From positions 7,998,001 through 8,062,000 of the forward strand of contig CM082590.2 of NCBI GenBank assembly GCA_040954595.2: a stretch of DNA of 64,000 bases. The letters run 5' to 3'. The position numbers and the translations under genes were made by a program. Every line of letters starts with the position of its first letter. Position 1 is the stretch's first letter. The DNA is from Balanoglossus misakiensis. Lineage: Eukaryota > Animalia > Hemichordata. This document shows positions 38,144-51,527 of the stretch, piece by piece. The notes beneath the pieces are model-generated. The model was not told where the DNA came from, did not search any database, and saw nothing but the letters and a program-made list of their open reading frames with translations.

Positions 38144-38793
38144 ATAAGCAGAAAATCATCTATTGAGCTCCCGTTGTTACACGAATGTAAAACTGCTGCC
38201 AATGTAACTGGTGATGTAATTTGTCATTGAAAGTTTGAGTCGTGCAACAGCTGGAACTATTTTATAAATCTGAGGGCTGGGGTTTATTGCTTGACAATGC
38301 AGCAAGTTAAGTATCATAGATTTAGTGCAGACACCATTTATGTTAGGTTCACATTTTCACTGTTAACCCATCACTTATTCATTGTGGGTGCATTGTAATT
38401 GTATTATAAAATTGCCTAACAGATGCATACAATACATAATTGGCATTGCCCCTTTCCCTTACAAAAACATTCTGTTGACATCTAGAGAATTCTATAGACT
38501 ATTGAGTTCCTTTAGAAGTTTATAGAATTTCTCTGCACATTTACAGATTTCTATGTAGCTTTGGACACATACTGTATTGAATTTTACAGAAATATCGAAA
38601 CCTATAGAATGCTATAGACGTATATATGTTGAAAAGTATTTTCAACAGCCACTGTCATACTCCTTGAAAAATATTGAGAGAGGTCTAAGACCGTTTATTT
38701 TCTGTGCATTAGGTTGATATACATCGTGTAATAGTCCATGATTCTCCAACACCAGGCCGGGTGCACAGAAACTGGATTGGTGAATACAGAAAC

Positions 38794-39836
38794 ATGGCTG
38801 AACCGCAACCAGAACAAGGGAAAGCTACAGAAGACGGGACGAACGAGAAGACGTCTATTACGTCTGGAGACGGCAATGCCAAGGAGGGCGAATCCGACTG
38901 CCGCCAATGTATGCAGATCGACAAACGATTGCTGCCGTCAAAGCTATTTTATTTCTTCTTCTTCGGGGGTTTGGGGGCGGTGTTTCCGTACTTGACGATC
39001 TACTTCAAGCAACTGGGTCTCGACCCGCTGCGGATAGGCCTCCTGAGCGGTATTCGCCCCTTCCTGGGATTCGTGAGTGGGCCCTTGTGGGGCGCGATCG
39101 CCGACCGCTACCGGGCGCGGAAAGTGATGTTGATACTGTCGCTGTGCGGGTGGATTGCGACGCTGATGGCACTCGGCTTCGTGCCTGCAGCCGCTGAAGG
39201 CAAGTGTCCCGTGACCGCGGCCGACATGCAGCACTACTTCAACAAATCCGGGCGGGACTTCCGTAACCGTGACGCCGCGAGGGATCACCGATCCATGAGT
39301 GACGTCGTCACGCACATGACCTGCGGAAGCTGTGCGTTCCCGGATATGGCACAAATGGAATCCTTGCGATCAGCAGGTGGACAGGATCGCACTCCAGACA
39401 TGCACGCAGAATCAAAACTCAACAGGAGAGGGGCGATGGCCCAGGACCAAGAAATCCAATCTTACATCGCCGTCATGAACAACCAGGAAGACAACAGCTG
39501 GTTGTACGACGAGGAAAGTCTTCAGAATTTATTCATCATTCTGATGGCTCTCATCGTGATCGGGGAATTATTGCAGTCACCGACGACAGCATTAGCGGAC
39601 ACCGCCACTTTGGACAACTTGGAAAATAATTTACACAAGTATGGGCATCAGAGGGTGTGGGGAGCTGTTGGCCTCGGTGCATGGTAAGACCTTGTCATAT
39701 AGACAGACAGACAGACAGACAGACAGACTGACTGACAGATAGACACACAGACAGACAGACAACCAAATATAGTAGTGCCGAATAAAGTAGAATTCTTCTT
39801 CTTTGATAATGATGCTGATGACGACGATGATAATGG

Positions 39837-39867
<31 letters not shown>

Positions 39868-39890
39868 AATGATGATGATGATGATGATTG

Positions 39891-39967
<77 letters not shown>

Positions 39968-42900
39968 GTGATAATGATGATGATGAGGAGGAGGAGGAGG
40001 ATGATGATGATGAGGATGCCCCATCAGCCAGCTTGCATAATACAGGCTTTAGAGTAGCTATTTTTACAACCACTGCATTTATGAAACAAAGTATATATTT
40101 CCTCTGACAGTTCCTTCACCGTGGGTGCGCTGATCAACATGACGAGACAAACCACGACCAAGTGCGGCGTCGAAATCGTATTCAGTGACTACCATATCGC
40201 CTTCTACATCTTTGGAGGAATGCTGCTGGTGGCAGTGGTAGTGGCCACACAACTTAAATTTGCGGTGGGTCCCAGCCAATCAAATTATAAACCTTTCCAC
40301 CATTATGGTTCGGTCCAAGTTCATTGTTTTCTAATGGCAAAGTTGGACCGCTAAAGAGGAAACCAGGGGTGAAAGGGTTAAACCACGTTTTAAATCTGGG
40401 TGTATATCAGTCATAAATTTTCGAGACTTTGAAATACCATTGCTCATTATTTTTGCAAGTTCTCATCTAAAACTAGCTTTGTTTTAAGAATAAAATAATG
40501 TTATTTGAGACAAGTTTTATAGATGATTGGACTCAAAAATACTATTTACTAATCAAATATTTATTTTTATACAGGCCCACGACAAAGATCAACCATCACA
40601 GCATAATTTGGGTTCCCTACTTAAGATTTTATGCACGGTGCATTATATGTCTATTCTTGTAGTGTCTTTTTTCATGGGTGTGTGCAACGGACTCGTTTAT
40701 GGTTTCCTGTTCTGGCACCTTGAAAACTTAGGTGAGAAATGTCATCTGAAAGTTAAAGGTATACAGTCACCTCTAATTTACATATGTCTATATATGGTCA
40801 ATAGGGCGTGTCAAAGTCTTTGAATGACCATGAGGTGGTGCAGTTTTTTTTTTCGTATTTGCCACCGACTGAAAATATGTGATTGGTTAAATTTGAATTT
40901 ACCCTGGTAACAGTTTAACTTGCATAGGTGACCATATACCTTTAACATAATTCTTTTAAAAAAATGCAGTTCTTTTTACTGAAAAACAAGCAATTTGTAA
41001 AGAAAGTCAATGCAGGTGGTAGCAACGATCGGCCATAAAAACAAATGAACAAATCCCTACATGTTGTCTATGATATAATTTGTATCAAAGGAGTATACTG
41101 CCCACTGTGTTATATAAACCATAATACACTAACATGTTGAAAATTTATTTTTAAAGCAGCCACGAAAGAAAAGATCACAACATCAATCAAAGTTATGTTT
41201 GATGGCTTCAATGAAAATACCGCACACATGCATGATTACCGACACAGCCACAGGGCACTAACGATGAATTATTTCGCAGGTGCCTCGCAGCTGTTGCTAG
41301 GAACAGCCAGTGTGGTGATTTACGGGTCAGAGGTCATCATGTTCTTCCTGACGCATCGACTGATATCGATCATCGGCCACATGGCTATCTTGTATTTGGG
41401 TCTCGTTTGTTATGCGGCGAGGTTTATGATTTATTCGCAGCTTGTCGACCCCTGGTGGGTCATACCTGCTGAAGTTTTACAAGGTAAACGTTTATTTGTA
41501 ATTTTTTTTTTTTAAATGGAAGTATCGTTAATCGCCATTGCTTATTTCAAATTTCGCGTAAGCTCTTTGACATGCAGGACACTTTCGTAATAAAGAATGC
41601 AGTTAATTAGAAATGCAAACACGCGAAACGCTTTCTGTATTCCAAATGGCCGCCAACCTCGAGACTGAGATAACAAATAACTTAATGTCTTCATGAATGT
41701 CAAGGTGCCAATGAATGTATTTCCCATAACGATAGAGATTGGCAGCCATTTTGAATTTAGAAAGTGGTTCTCAATTAGCATTTTGAAGCAACTACATTCT
41801 TTAATTTTTAATACAAAAGTTTACAGAGTTTGTAGACATGGAGATTTTAAATTTGTTTCAGACGCGAACCTCCTGAATCCGCTTTCCGTTTGTCGTCTCC
41901 ACTGACAACGATCTGTGTTTCCTTCTGCTTACAACAAGAAGTTGGCGGCCATTTTGAATTCAGAAAGTGGTTCGAAATTTGCATTTTGAAGCACTACATT
42001 CTTTATTATGAAAGTGTTCACGGCAATTCTGTATATAAAGAGTTTATAGACATTTATACTTTAAATTTGTACACTTTCTGTTTGTCGTCTGCACTGACAA
42101 CGATCTATGTTTCCTTCGACAGGGATAACGTTTGCCGCTGTCTGGACGGTGCTCGCATCCTACCTCTCCCTGGCCGTACCGAACGCCTCATTCGCGACCA
42201 TGCAGGGAATTTTACACGGCATCTACTGGGGCCTGGGCAGCGGTGTTGGGAACATGCTGGGAGGGGTGTTTGTGGATTTCTTTGGTGCTGTTCGAACGTT
42301 TGCTGGTTATTCGATTGCCAGTTGCGTTGTCTTGGTTCTCTTCATAATTGTTCAAAGGGTAAGTGCACACATACGATGCTACATTTACAGGTGGGGCAGG
42401 ATTCACTTACTATTTTCGAAACACGTTCTGCAAATTGTCTATTTTTGACCATCAGTCCTCTTAATCCTTCATTGAAAAGAAAATATTATTCTGTTTAGGA
42501 AAGGTACAGTAATGCCATCGAGCCTCATTTTATAACAAGTTATTTTTCATCCATGCCCTCAATAACTTGAAAAATATAATGTTAAGCTCTGTATTCTGCC
42601 CTTAATGGCTGTTTGTCAAGTGACTGTAATTATAACCACAAATCTAGTTGGTTTAGTAGTGTCCTTATCCAAGAGCCAGATGGCACTTCTGTTTGCCTGT
42701 CAACATATCAATTCAGATCACAATATTTTCTACAATATTGCAGCACTCTATCTGAATCCAGAACTCATCTATGCCAGGTGCTTAACCCTTTCACCCCCAG
42801 TTCCCTCTTTAGAGGTCCAACTCTACCATAGAAAACAACAGATCTGGACCAAACCATGGTGGTGAAAGGGTTAACTATAACTTAAAGGGACAAAGTCTCT

Positions 42901-43446
42901 CTCTTGCTGCCCATTTTCCATTAATTATGTTTGATACAAAACACCGTTTATGTTATTCTACATGTGGATATATAGTGAATCAACATTCAACCACACACAA
43001 CTTCCATCCCGTTTGTAAGATATGAGAGTAAAAATCTCGCCAAAATGAATGAATGGTAAACACTGATTATTCAATTTTGACGAGTTATCACTCTTGTGTC
43101 TACAAGTGGGATGGAAGTTGTGTGTGGTCGAACGTTGATTCACTATATATCCACATGTAGAATAATATAAACAGTGTCTTCTATCAAATATAATTAATGG
43201 GAAAAGGGCAGCGAGAGAGAGACTTTGTCCCTTTAACTATAACTTCATCTTAAAACACCCTTTCCACAGATTTTTCCAAGACCGAAGTCAACCCAGGGAG
43301 GATACGACGAACTAGACGGCGACGTCAAAATGACAAGCGTGGTGAAAGGCGAGGACCAAAAGCGCGACGCTGATGCTCAAAAGACAACGTTATTGCCGGT
43401 AGAGGTGGCCGCAGCCAAAGGAATTCCCGGACCAGATTTTGATTAG
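38794..43446 (+). CDS. MFSD6-like MFS transporter 1 (~605 aa); exons 38794-39683, 40111-40264, 40575-40731, 41280-41483, 42123-42358, 43270-43446
   Basis: LLPSKLFYFFFFGGLGAVFPYLTIYFKQLGL..IGLL.G.RPF...WGAIADR, YGHQRVWGAVG, FLFWHLENLG and QGILHGIYWGLG match MFSD6-family motifs; all junctions are GT/AG and frame-consistent (1818 nt). Confidence 0.9.
39805..40017. repeat. (GAT)n trinucleotide microsatellite in an intron
   Basis: Lies between the donor at 39684 and the acceptor at 40110. Confidence 0.95.
40287..40381. mobile_element. ~90-bp piggyBac-like MITE
   Basis: taaacctttccacc ... ggtgaaagggttaa; reverse orientation of 42782-42874. Confidence 0.65.
40753..40945. mobile_element. MITE family B copy
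   Basis: ttaaaggtatacagtcacc ... ggtgaccatatacctttaa. Confidence 0.8.
42782..42874. mobile_element. ~90-bp piggyBac-like MITE (intact)
   Basis: TTAA-CCCTTTCACC ... GGTGAAAGGG-TTAA. Confidence 0.8.
42882..43236. mobile_element. MITE family A, full length (Kolobok-like, long TIRs)
   Basis: ttaaAGGGACAAAGTCTCTCTCT.GCTGCCC ... GGGCAGCGAGAGAGAGACTTTGTCCCTttaa; inverted arms extend >100 bp. Confidence 0.85.
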
Positions 43447-43989
43447 AATGCACACGCAGACTATGAACAGTTACGAGATTACGAGAACTTTTATCCAGTC
43501 TTGCAACGCGTTGAACAAATCCATTTTTACTTTAAAACCACACATTTCCAGGGTAACCATTTCAGGGCTGAAAACATAATTTTTTTTTCATAAACCTCCT
43601 TTACAGCAGTACTTTGCATTGATATATTAAACAACTTCATGGTGGATTCAGATCTTTGGTCACAATGAACAATTTGGTGTCAGTTATGTCACATGATTAT
43701 CTATTGGTCAAAACATTTTCATGGTTTATCTAAAAATTAAACAATGGCATATATTAACATTATATCATATTTTAAACAAACATGGCGGTATGCTATTTGA
43801 TTTGACCACATGTACGGTGACATTCTCTCATATTAGTGGCAATTTTATGTATTATATCGATAGCAGAGAATATATTTATCCAATTATTAATTTTGCTATA
43901 TAAGCAACTGTGAGTGTTTAAACAATCTGACTTTTGCTCTCACAATGACCTATCATTGACTGAAATATTAGTCATACAGCTTTCGACAA

Positions 43990-44573
43990 TTAAAGGTCTC
44001 ATGCCATGCTTTGGAAAGTTTTCATTTTTCCACGTCAAAAGCTCACCTAGGGTACCTGTCTATGCATTGCCTATTGTGTCGGTTCCGAAAAATGTGCACG
44101 AATGCCGGAATTTGCCCCCTTTTTTCATGCCTGTGATCGGGGAGCCACTTCGCACTCGAGCCAGGCGAAGGTATTTGCATATGGACAAACAAGTACACTA
44201 CGTCGTAGTGTACCATTCTGTTTACAGTAAAGTGTAATTATCGGTCCATGAGTAATTAAGTCCACAGACAAAGACAAGCTATATAAACAGTGTTCAAAGC
44301 AAAGGAAGCCCTTGCCTCACATTGCAGGCAGAGGATTTACAAAGGTTTGAAAGACTATTTGTCCACATCAAGATAAGTCTTCGGCTTAACTTCGAAAAGC
44401 CGAAAAAAATCGACTGAGTTGGGTTAGGTGTACACGCCCACCCGCCACTTTTACTTGCTTGTTATCTAAGCACAAGGGGCAAAACGCATTGCAAGATAGT
44501 AACATACGTTAACTTCAAGACCCAAATAGTGATTTTACGCGTGGTTGTATAGGGCATGGCATGAGACCTTTAA
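43990..44573. mobile_element. TTAA-flanked non-autonomous element (Kolobok-like) downstream of the MFSD6-like-1 stop codon
   Basis: ttaaAGGTCTCATGCCATGC ... GCATGGCATGAGACCTttaa. Confidence 0.8.
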
Positions 44574-45838
44574 ATTAGGTTATTGTATTCTCATGGTGAA
44601 CATATTTTGGAGTGAAAATTTGAAATTATTTAATGATACAAGTGAAATAACCAGATACACGTCTTGGTATTAAGGACAACAGCTATTTACAGTCACCTCT
44701 TACATTTACATATATCCATATATGGTCAAAGGGCTTGCTATCGCTGCAGTGAATTATCAAATGACCATTTTCCACGCCAGCCATCAGCGACGTTTCTCAC
44801 TGATCGATCGCAACTTTTCGGCTAAATTTAAAGTCATACAAATTATGTGGACAGACATCACAGCTATCTCAAGAATCTACATAAATCAAGTGTGCTTGAT
44901 CGGGAGTTGGAATAGCAATGGGTTCAATGGTGTTACTGAAAATACCCTAGAGTTTGTAACTTTGAATGATTTTACAACAAAAATGTCCACGTGACATACT
45001 GTCTTTCGACAACATTGGATATTTGATGATTTGCAATAAAAGGGGGCTTATTGATTCATGTCAATGAAATTGCTATAACACATGCAATGTGGATGTCATT
45101 GCTTACCTTTTAAAGCTACTGCAGACTCTGCTCAATACCTCACAGTAGAGTTGACTGTCGGCCATATTTGGGTGCAACACCTGTTTATTTATCTTACTTA
45201 AGCTTGGGCTTCAAGTTCCAATGAGTTGTTGATAATGCTTCTGTATTTATCCCTCAGTTGGTACATCTATATGAATTAAGTTTAAAAGAAATTTTGTGAA
45301 AATAATGCCAAACATAATGGCTCATGGGCATATAAGAAATAAAATATCAAATGTATAAATAAAATTGTTCATTCTCATCATTATGCATTTATTTATTTAT
45401 TTATTATTTACACTTTTACTGGGCGACTGATAGTGTCAACATTGCAATATCAAGTTTTAAAACTACAAATGAACAGCATCATTTTATGAGTCGGTTTTGG
45501 ATGTGGTAGATGTGCAAAAGTTGGTCGAAATAACTTGGGTTCATACTTGAAGAAAATCATCTAAGAGATTGTTCGCCAAGTATACATATTATTTGCCTGT
45601 GGGCAGAGGTCACTGTGGTATGATATTGATACAGTGTGTCTCATTTACTTCACTACAGTTCAGTGATGTTGTTAGTGCGCCATCACTGGTCAGATGTTTA
45701 CAGTTTAATCGCTACAAGTGATCTACAAAAAAAAAATCATAGGCGTTGGTGGCGTACTGTACTATTCTAAGCGTCATTTAACCTCACAGATAATTACGTC
45801 TGGCCCCATGACTTCCTATATAAACATCCCTTTCTCTC

Positions 45839-46048
45839 TTAAAGTGAAGCGGTCATCGCACCGTGTTTGTTTGTTTATAAACAGTACAATTCATCCACAA
45901 ATCTCTGAAATAGGATCATTCTTAGCAAAGACTGGGCATGACATCAACTGAAGATCCTAGTAAGTCATGGCGACTGCAGTGGGGTTTGCGCAGGTATGGG
46001 AGGACATATTCTCATCTAGGGGGATACGCGACGACCACTTCCCTTTAA
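45839..46048. mobile_element. MITE family C copy
   Basis: Shares the core ggcatgaca.caactgaagatcctagta.gtc.tggcgactgcagtg...ggaggacatattctcatc with 30557-30799. Confidence 0.75.
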
Positions 46049-46262
46049 TCAACACACCCACATACATGACTACCATTATATGGTATTGTGCAACCGTGTT
46101 TATTCAAGATTCAATTGCGGCGTAACAAGCTTAGTTCTAGGAAAATTGACTTTACACCAAGTTCAATAAGACTTACTATTTTCTAAATGTTTCATGCATG
46201 CATGCAAATTCACTCTTCTTTTTGTAGTTATTCTTGGTGACGAAGTTCGGGCGGTCAGCAGG

Positions 46263-49200
46263 CTAGACTGTAAATAGAAAGCAATATATATCACTATAAA
46301 AAAGTTCACAATAATGTTCATGAAATATAGTTAACATAGCACCTCTTCAACTTCATAGTGATTTCTTGAATTTCCTATCCACAATGTCATCGTTAAAATG
46401 TGACTTAAAGTATACAGTCACCTCCAATTTACATACACCCATATATGTCAGAAATGGAGTATGCATTTGAGTGTTCTCAACACATGGTGGCCGGTGCTCT
46501 TTTTTCGCGTGAGCCACCCACTGAAAATCTGTGATTGGCTGGATCTCAATTCGCCATGGTAACTATAGCTAATTTTCCATAGGTGACCGTATACCTTTAA
46601 TGACCCCTTACCATGAATAATTACATGAACTTTTTAAGGTAGAGTAAAACATGTTTATACTGGACACTAAAGAGAATGAAGAAATTGTTCAGTTTGTTTC
46701 TCTGAACAGATGTTTCTATGCCAAACAGACAGGAAAGGCTGTATAGACAGTATCTCAGAAAAGACAGGGTCAACTTTAGACAGGTTTTACTGTAGCTAGA
46801 ATTGTGAGATTGCTAAAATACAATGATTTTCATATTTACCTCGAGACACTATTCCAGAAATAGCTGATGATGCATGTACCACTGCAGTAACCGATGACCT
46901 TAAATAGCAGGTTGAGTCGCTAACATTGAACATCCAAACTTTACAGGAACTGTTATACTGGCACAACATGCAGCAAAAATTAGCATCAACCCCATGCTCA
47001 ATGGAGAGAGTTGGTCCCTGAAAGTCTGTGCTTGTATAAGCTGAACAACGTATTTTGTTACTTGAATGAACTGAAAAGTAAAAAAAAAATAGTGTCAAGG
47101 ACAGTGTGGACCTATTTGACCAAAATAAAAAACGTGCTGCTCCGATTATCCGACCTACCCTAATTTTAACCCGCTGTTCGTAAACTTTGTAGAGCTTCGT
47201 AAATCCGGAAGTAAAAATAACGATATCGGTTATATAAAATTTACAAAAATTGCGCAAATCACGCAAGAACTATGACGTCATTCTTCTACGCTACGGCGTC
47301 GAGAGAAATAAAAAAAAATTCCTTACCTACCTACCAACATTTCATGAAGGTTAAATTTGGAGCTTAAAGGATATATGGTTGACCATACCTTTCAATCAGC
47401 ATGGTTTGCTCCCAACCTATAGTTCATGCATGGTAAAACCGGACTGCTATAAAGGAGTAGGGGTGAAATATTCTCTATGGACTTACCCCTTGATATTACT
47501 CCTGCTATACTATACATAGAGTTTGATGGGGTACCGTCTCCATTTGCCAGTGCACAAGATCCAGTGGCAGTGGTGTATGTCCACAGATAACAGTCTGAAT
47601 TTGCATAGCAGGCCTCACAGCATTCCCCTGGGTTATTTGTGGGCTGGTTCCCAAGGATATTTCCCATCAGGAATGTTGATGCGGTACCGGTACACTCCAT
47701 CTGAACTGGAAAAGTAAATATATGAATTACAGAACCGTAGATGACAAAACTATGGAACGAATTTTTCTTTCAATACATGTACAGAGGTTCTGTTAGATTG
47801 GGTTGTGTTTTGTTCTGGGTGATACGTTAATTTATCGCGAAAGTATTCATTGTGGTGGACTCAAGTCATGGCTTTTCATTTTAGCTTCAAATGGGAAAAG
47901 CATGCAAAGTTTTTCCGTTCTGATTGCGTTCATTAAAACTGTATTCTTTGCACAAACTAACTTACGACCAAGAGAGACACCAGTCAGGGTAAGCAGAATT
48001 GAGACAACCAACCACACCATTATGACAATGCTTCTCGGTCCAGTATTCCTCAGAGAAACAGTCGAACACAGTGATCACGTTAGTGTATTGATATCGCGAT
48101 GTACACTCCCTATAATACTGTTTAAATATTTCACAGTTTATATGAAGAATACATATTTTGCTGGTATTTTGAATATCTAAAATTGTGAGTTGAATATGGT
48201 AATTAGTTGCTGTTTTAACTTTATCTAAAACTATTTTGGTATTGGACAGAAACTAAAATTATTCTTTAATAGCTACCCCATTCCAAAGCATTGTGGGAAT
48301 ATGTTGTACCGCATAGATAAGGGGCATACAACTACAATGTATGTCTATTAAAACTATTTTTGGTTTTGGACAAAAACTAAAATTATTCTTTCATCTAGTA
48401 TTTATACTGCATTCTGAAAATTATTCTGGGGGCAATTTTTAAAGTTTGCATTTAGTCAGTACAAACTAATCGTTCACTACTGGTTCTCAGATGGAAAAGT
48501 TACAAAGTCTCCTTCTTGCTGCCCTTTTTCTGTTAAGTATGTTTGATACAAGACACTGTTCATGTTATTCTACATGTGGATATGCAGTGAATCAACGTTC
48601 AACCACACACAACTTCCATCCCGCTTGTATGATTTGACAGTAAAAACTCACCCAAAATGAATAAATGGTAGAGACTGATTTATTGTCTGCTTTGGTAGAT
48701 AAACAGAATTAGTCTGGATGGAACTGCATGCGACTATCAAGCACACGTTTAATCACCAAGCTATATAATTCCTGACACATATTACATCAAGAAACTTTTA
48801 CATGATGCCTTTTACCTTAAACCATCACCAAAAGAGAAATTTCTGACATGCATGTCTTCTCTTCTTGTTTATCAATATCCAGGTTATCGTAGATTATGCT
48901 GAAATAGAAAATGAAATGTAATGTAAAATAACATAACATAACATAACATAACATAACATAACATAACATAACATAACATAAACACATAACATACCGGATT
49001 TTGCTGAGAGTTCGCCTACCCGAAAAGGCACAAATGGGCGTTTTTTTGGGGGTGGGCCTTAATATAGAATTAATGTTTCATTTTGGACTTGGTCAGTGGC
49101 ATTTCACTTAGACCAATCCACTGAAAAGTCAAGGAGTTGCCCAAAGTTGCTACATTTCTTGGTCAATCTTGACTGTACTCAGAGCCGACTCTAACACAGT

Positions 49201-50914
49201 ATAAAATGACTTATCATTTCAATGATTTAAATGGGTGTCAACTAAATTAAACTTCTACATTTAGCTAAATGGTAGATAAACTTTTCTGTCGATTAACGGC
49301 CCTGGGTGAACTCTCAGTAAAATTCAGTTGCAAAATAACAAAATTCAATCTGAGAAAGAGATCTGAGTTATGGACTTCAGGCAAAAAAAAACCCAGGAAG
49401 TGATGTTAGTGTGTTTTTTTCCGAAAATAATAAGCACACCCTGCCACATATGTGGCACTCATGGTATAACACAGTTTATCTCAGTAGCATCATAGACATT
49501 TTCTTTCTTACCTCTAGAAACGATTCCAGACACAGCGTATGAGACTTTCCTAACTTCACTGAAACTCGATCTCAGATAGCAGAGCTTTGATGAAAAGCTG
49601 AAAGTCCACACTGTGCACGCTGGTTCATTTTGGCAGGCGTCACAACATTCGTGAGGGTAGTTTTTCGTCATATATCTTATATTCGGTCCACTGAGATTGG
49701 TTCTTGTGAGAAGGGAACAGTGTATGTTCCCGCCAGAGGCTGTAAATTAACCGAAGAAGACACAGTGCTAAAAGTCTGATAACATTATAGCAAATCAAGA
49801 TGTACTGTAAAACATTTATTTTCGCACCGATAAATTTTCTCAAAATACGCGAGAGCCAAAATGGCGTGAAAATAATAAGTCGCGTAAATTTTTTTTGAAG
49901 ATAACGATGCATTGAATGAAATGAGAGAACGTGAAAATTAGTACTTGCGAAACAGTGGCCTCTCTCGTTATCGCGAAAATTTCAACTCGCGAAAATAAAG
50001 TGTTTCACAGTATATTCATGGCGAAAAAGACCTGAGAAATAAGGTCAGGTGTTTCTAATATATTATTGAGAACTGGACTTATGTACGACGCAGGCTGAAA
50101 GGGGTTTGACGTAAAAAAATTTGATGAATGCATCAATAATATGCACTCAAAAAATGTTAACTAGACCTTAGCTTGTCTGACTCACCTCTAGACGTTATTC
50201 CAGAAATAACGTATGAACCCGTCCTTAGACCAGTGAAAGTACGGTACAGGTTGCAAGAACGCACATCGATGGCGTATGACCACAGAATACACTGTGAGTT
50301 ACCTTGGCAGGTCTGGCAGCATACACCAGGATTGGCCACGTTACGATTTTGTTGAAAAATATCTCCTGTTGGGAGCAGACTAACTGTACCAGCACATTCA
50401 GTTGCGAGATCTGCAAGAATAAAAAACAGTCAAACCTGTGTTTTAGTGGCTATCTTTATATAGTGGTCACTTTGTTACAGTTCCTGTGCAATTTACATGT
50501 ACAGTCCAACCTGTGTTAGTGGCCACCTCTATATACTGGCCACTTGGTTTACAGTCCCTGTGCAATTTACATGTACAGTCCAACTTGTGTTAGTGGCCAC
50601 CTCTATATACTGGCCACTTTGTTACAGGCTCTGTGCAATTTACATGTAGATTAATTGACCTGTGTATAAAGGCCAGTTTAGGAAAGTCCCTTGACTGGCC
50701 ACTATAGACAGGTTTGACTGTACAAGTTACATGACTAGAGAATACAACTGAATCGGATTGTTTAATTAATTAATTAATTAATCAATCACTAATCACATAC
50801 CAATAAATCTTACATGATATCAGACTCTGAAGAGAATTAATTCATGGGGGGAAAAAACTTACCACCCAGTGATACAGTTGAGAGAAACAAAACTGCGAAG
50901 ATTAACCAACTCAT
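46263..50914 (-). CDS. Secreted protein with four PAN/Apple domains (~319 aa); exons 50914-50863, 50410-50186, 49739-49512, 47705-47487, 47070-46840, 46267-46263
   Basis: Signal-peptide exon MSWLIFAVLFLSTVSLG, then four phase 1-1 exons (225/228/219/231 bp). Each has C...CCxxC.....C..W.(Y/F)......C.L and ends (S/A)G(I/V)xSR|G. The last exon (V-stop) is less certain. Confidence 0.8.
46405..46600. mobile_element. MITE family B copy
   Basis: ttaaagtatacagtcacc ... ggtgaccgtatacctttaa. Confidence 0.8.
48500..48682. mobile_element. Left half of MITE family A
   Basis: acaaagtctc...gctgccc...gatacaagacactg...caaccacacacaacttccatccc. Confidence 0.7.
48928..48992. repeat. (ATAAC)n pentanucleotide repeat
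   Basis: Direct reading. Confidence 0.9.
49803..50012. mobile_element. MITE family D copy in a PAN-gene intron
   Basis: tactgtaaaacatttattttcgc ... ctcgcgaaaataaagtgtttcacagta. Confidence 0.8.
50427..50722. mobile_element. Tc1/mariner-like MITE with internal ~70-bp repeats
   Basis: CAGTCAAACCTG ... CAGGTTTGACTGta; related elements at ~46642-46794 and 60938-61125. Confidence 0.65.
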
Positions 50915-51128
50915 GATGCGACGCTCGATGACCAGTTGGTACAATAACAGAAATAAAGTTGGTGTGTCACCATCTACAATATATTTGGCTCTAAGCGCAA
51001 AGTTGTATGGAGTCTGGGATTGGCTGCTATATTGAATATCTAGGGCTGTGTTGGGCAGTTTCAGATCTAGATAATTTTACTGGTTGGCAATAAAACTCTA
51101 TATCTGTATGTTGCTATTGCGGTTTACA

Positions 51129-51527
51129 TACTGTAAGTTTAAAACGGGAAATTTTCGTGACAGGAAATTTTCGCGATATCACCAGAGGTAACTATTCCGT
51201 GACAATTAAAGGGACAAAGTCTCTCTCTCCCTGCCATGTTTCCCTTAATTATGTTTGATACCAGACACCGTTTATATTAATGTAAATTGTGGTATATAGT
51301 GAATCAACGTTCCATAACACACAACTTCCATCCCACTTGTACGATATGAGAGAAAAAACCTTTGCAAAATGAATAAATGGTAGAGACTGATTATTCATTG
51401 TGGTGAGATTTTTACATTTTTATAGACTAAGGGCGTCCTCAGTAAAACTTGCCATAAAATACTTGACAGTTGCCTCATTTGATATCGGGAAAATTTCCTT
51501 TCACGAAAAAATTCCTGTTTTACAGTA
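51129..51527. mobile_element. TA-flanked MITE interrupted by the left half of MITE family A
   Basis: tactgta...cgggaaattttcgtgacagg, then ttaaagggacaaagtctc at 51206, ending cctgttttacagta; related uninterrupted element at ~63160-63348. Confidence 0.65.

Noticed and set aside
31500-38700. Protein-coding gene in the gap between ST4 and MFSD6-like-1
   Set aside because: Only short ORFs, MITEs and microsatellites; no coherent exon chain found, though non-coding 5' exons cannot be excluded.
39648-40107. Poly-Asp, poly-His, poly-Met and poly-Ser ORFs
   Set aside because: (GAT)n microsatellite in an MFSD6-like intron.
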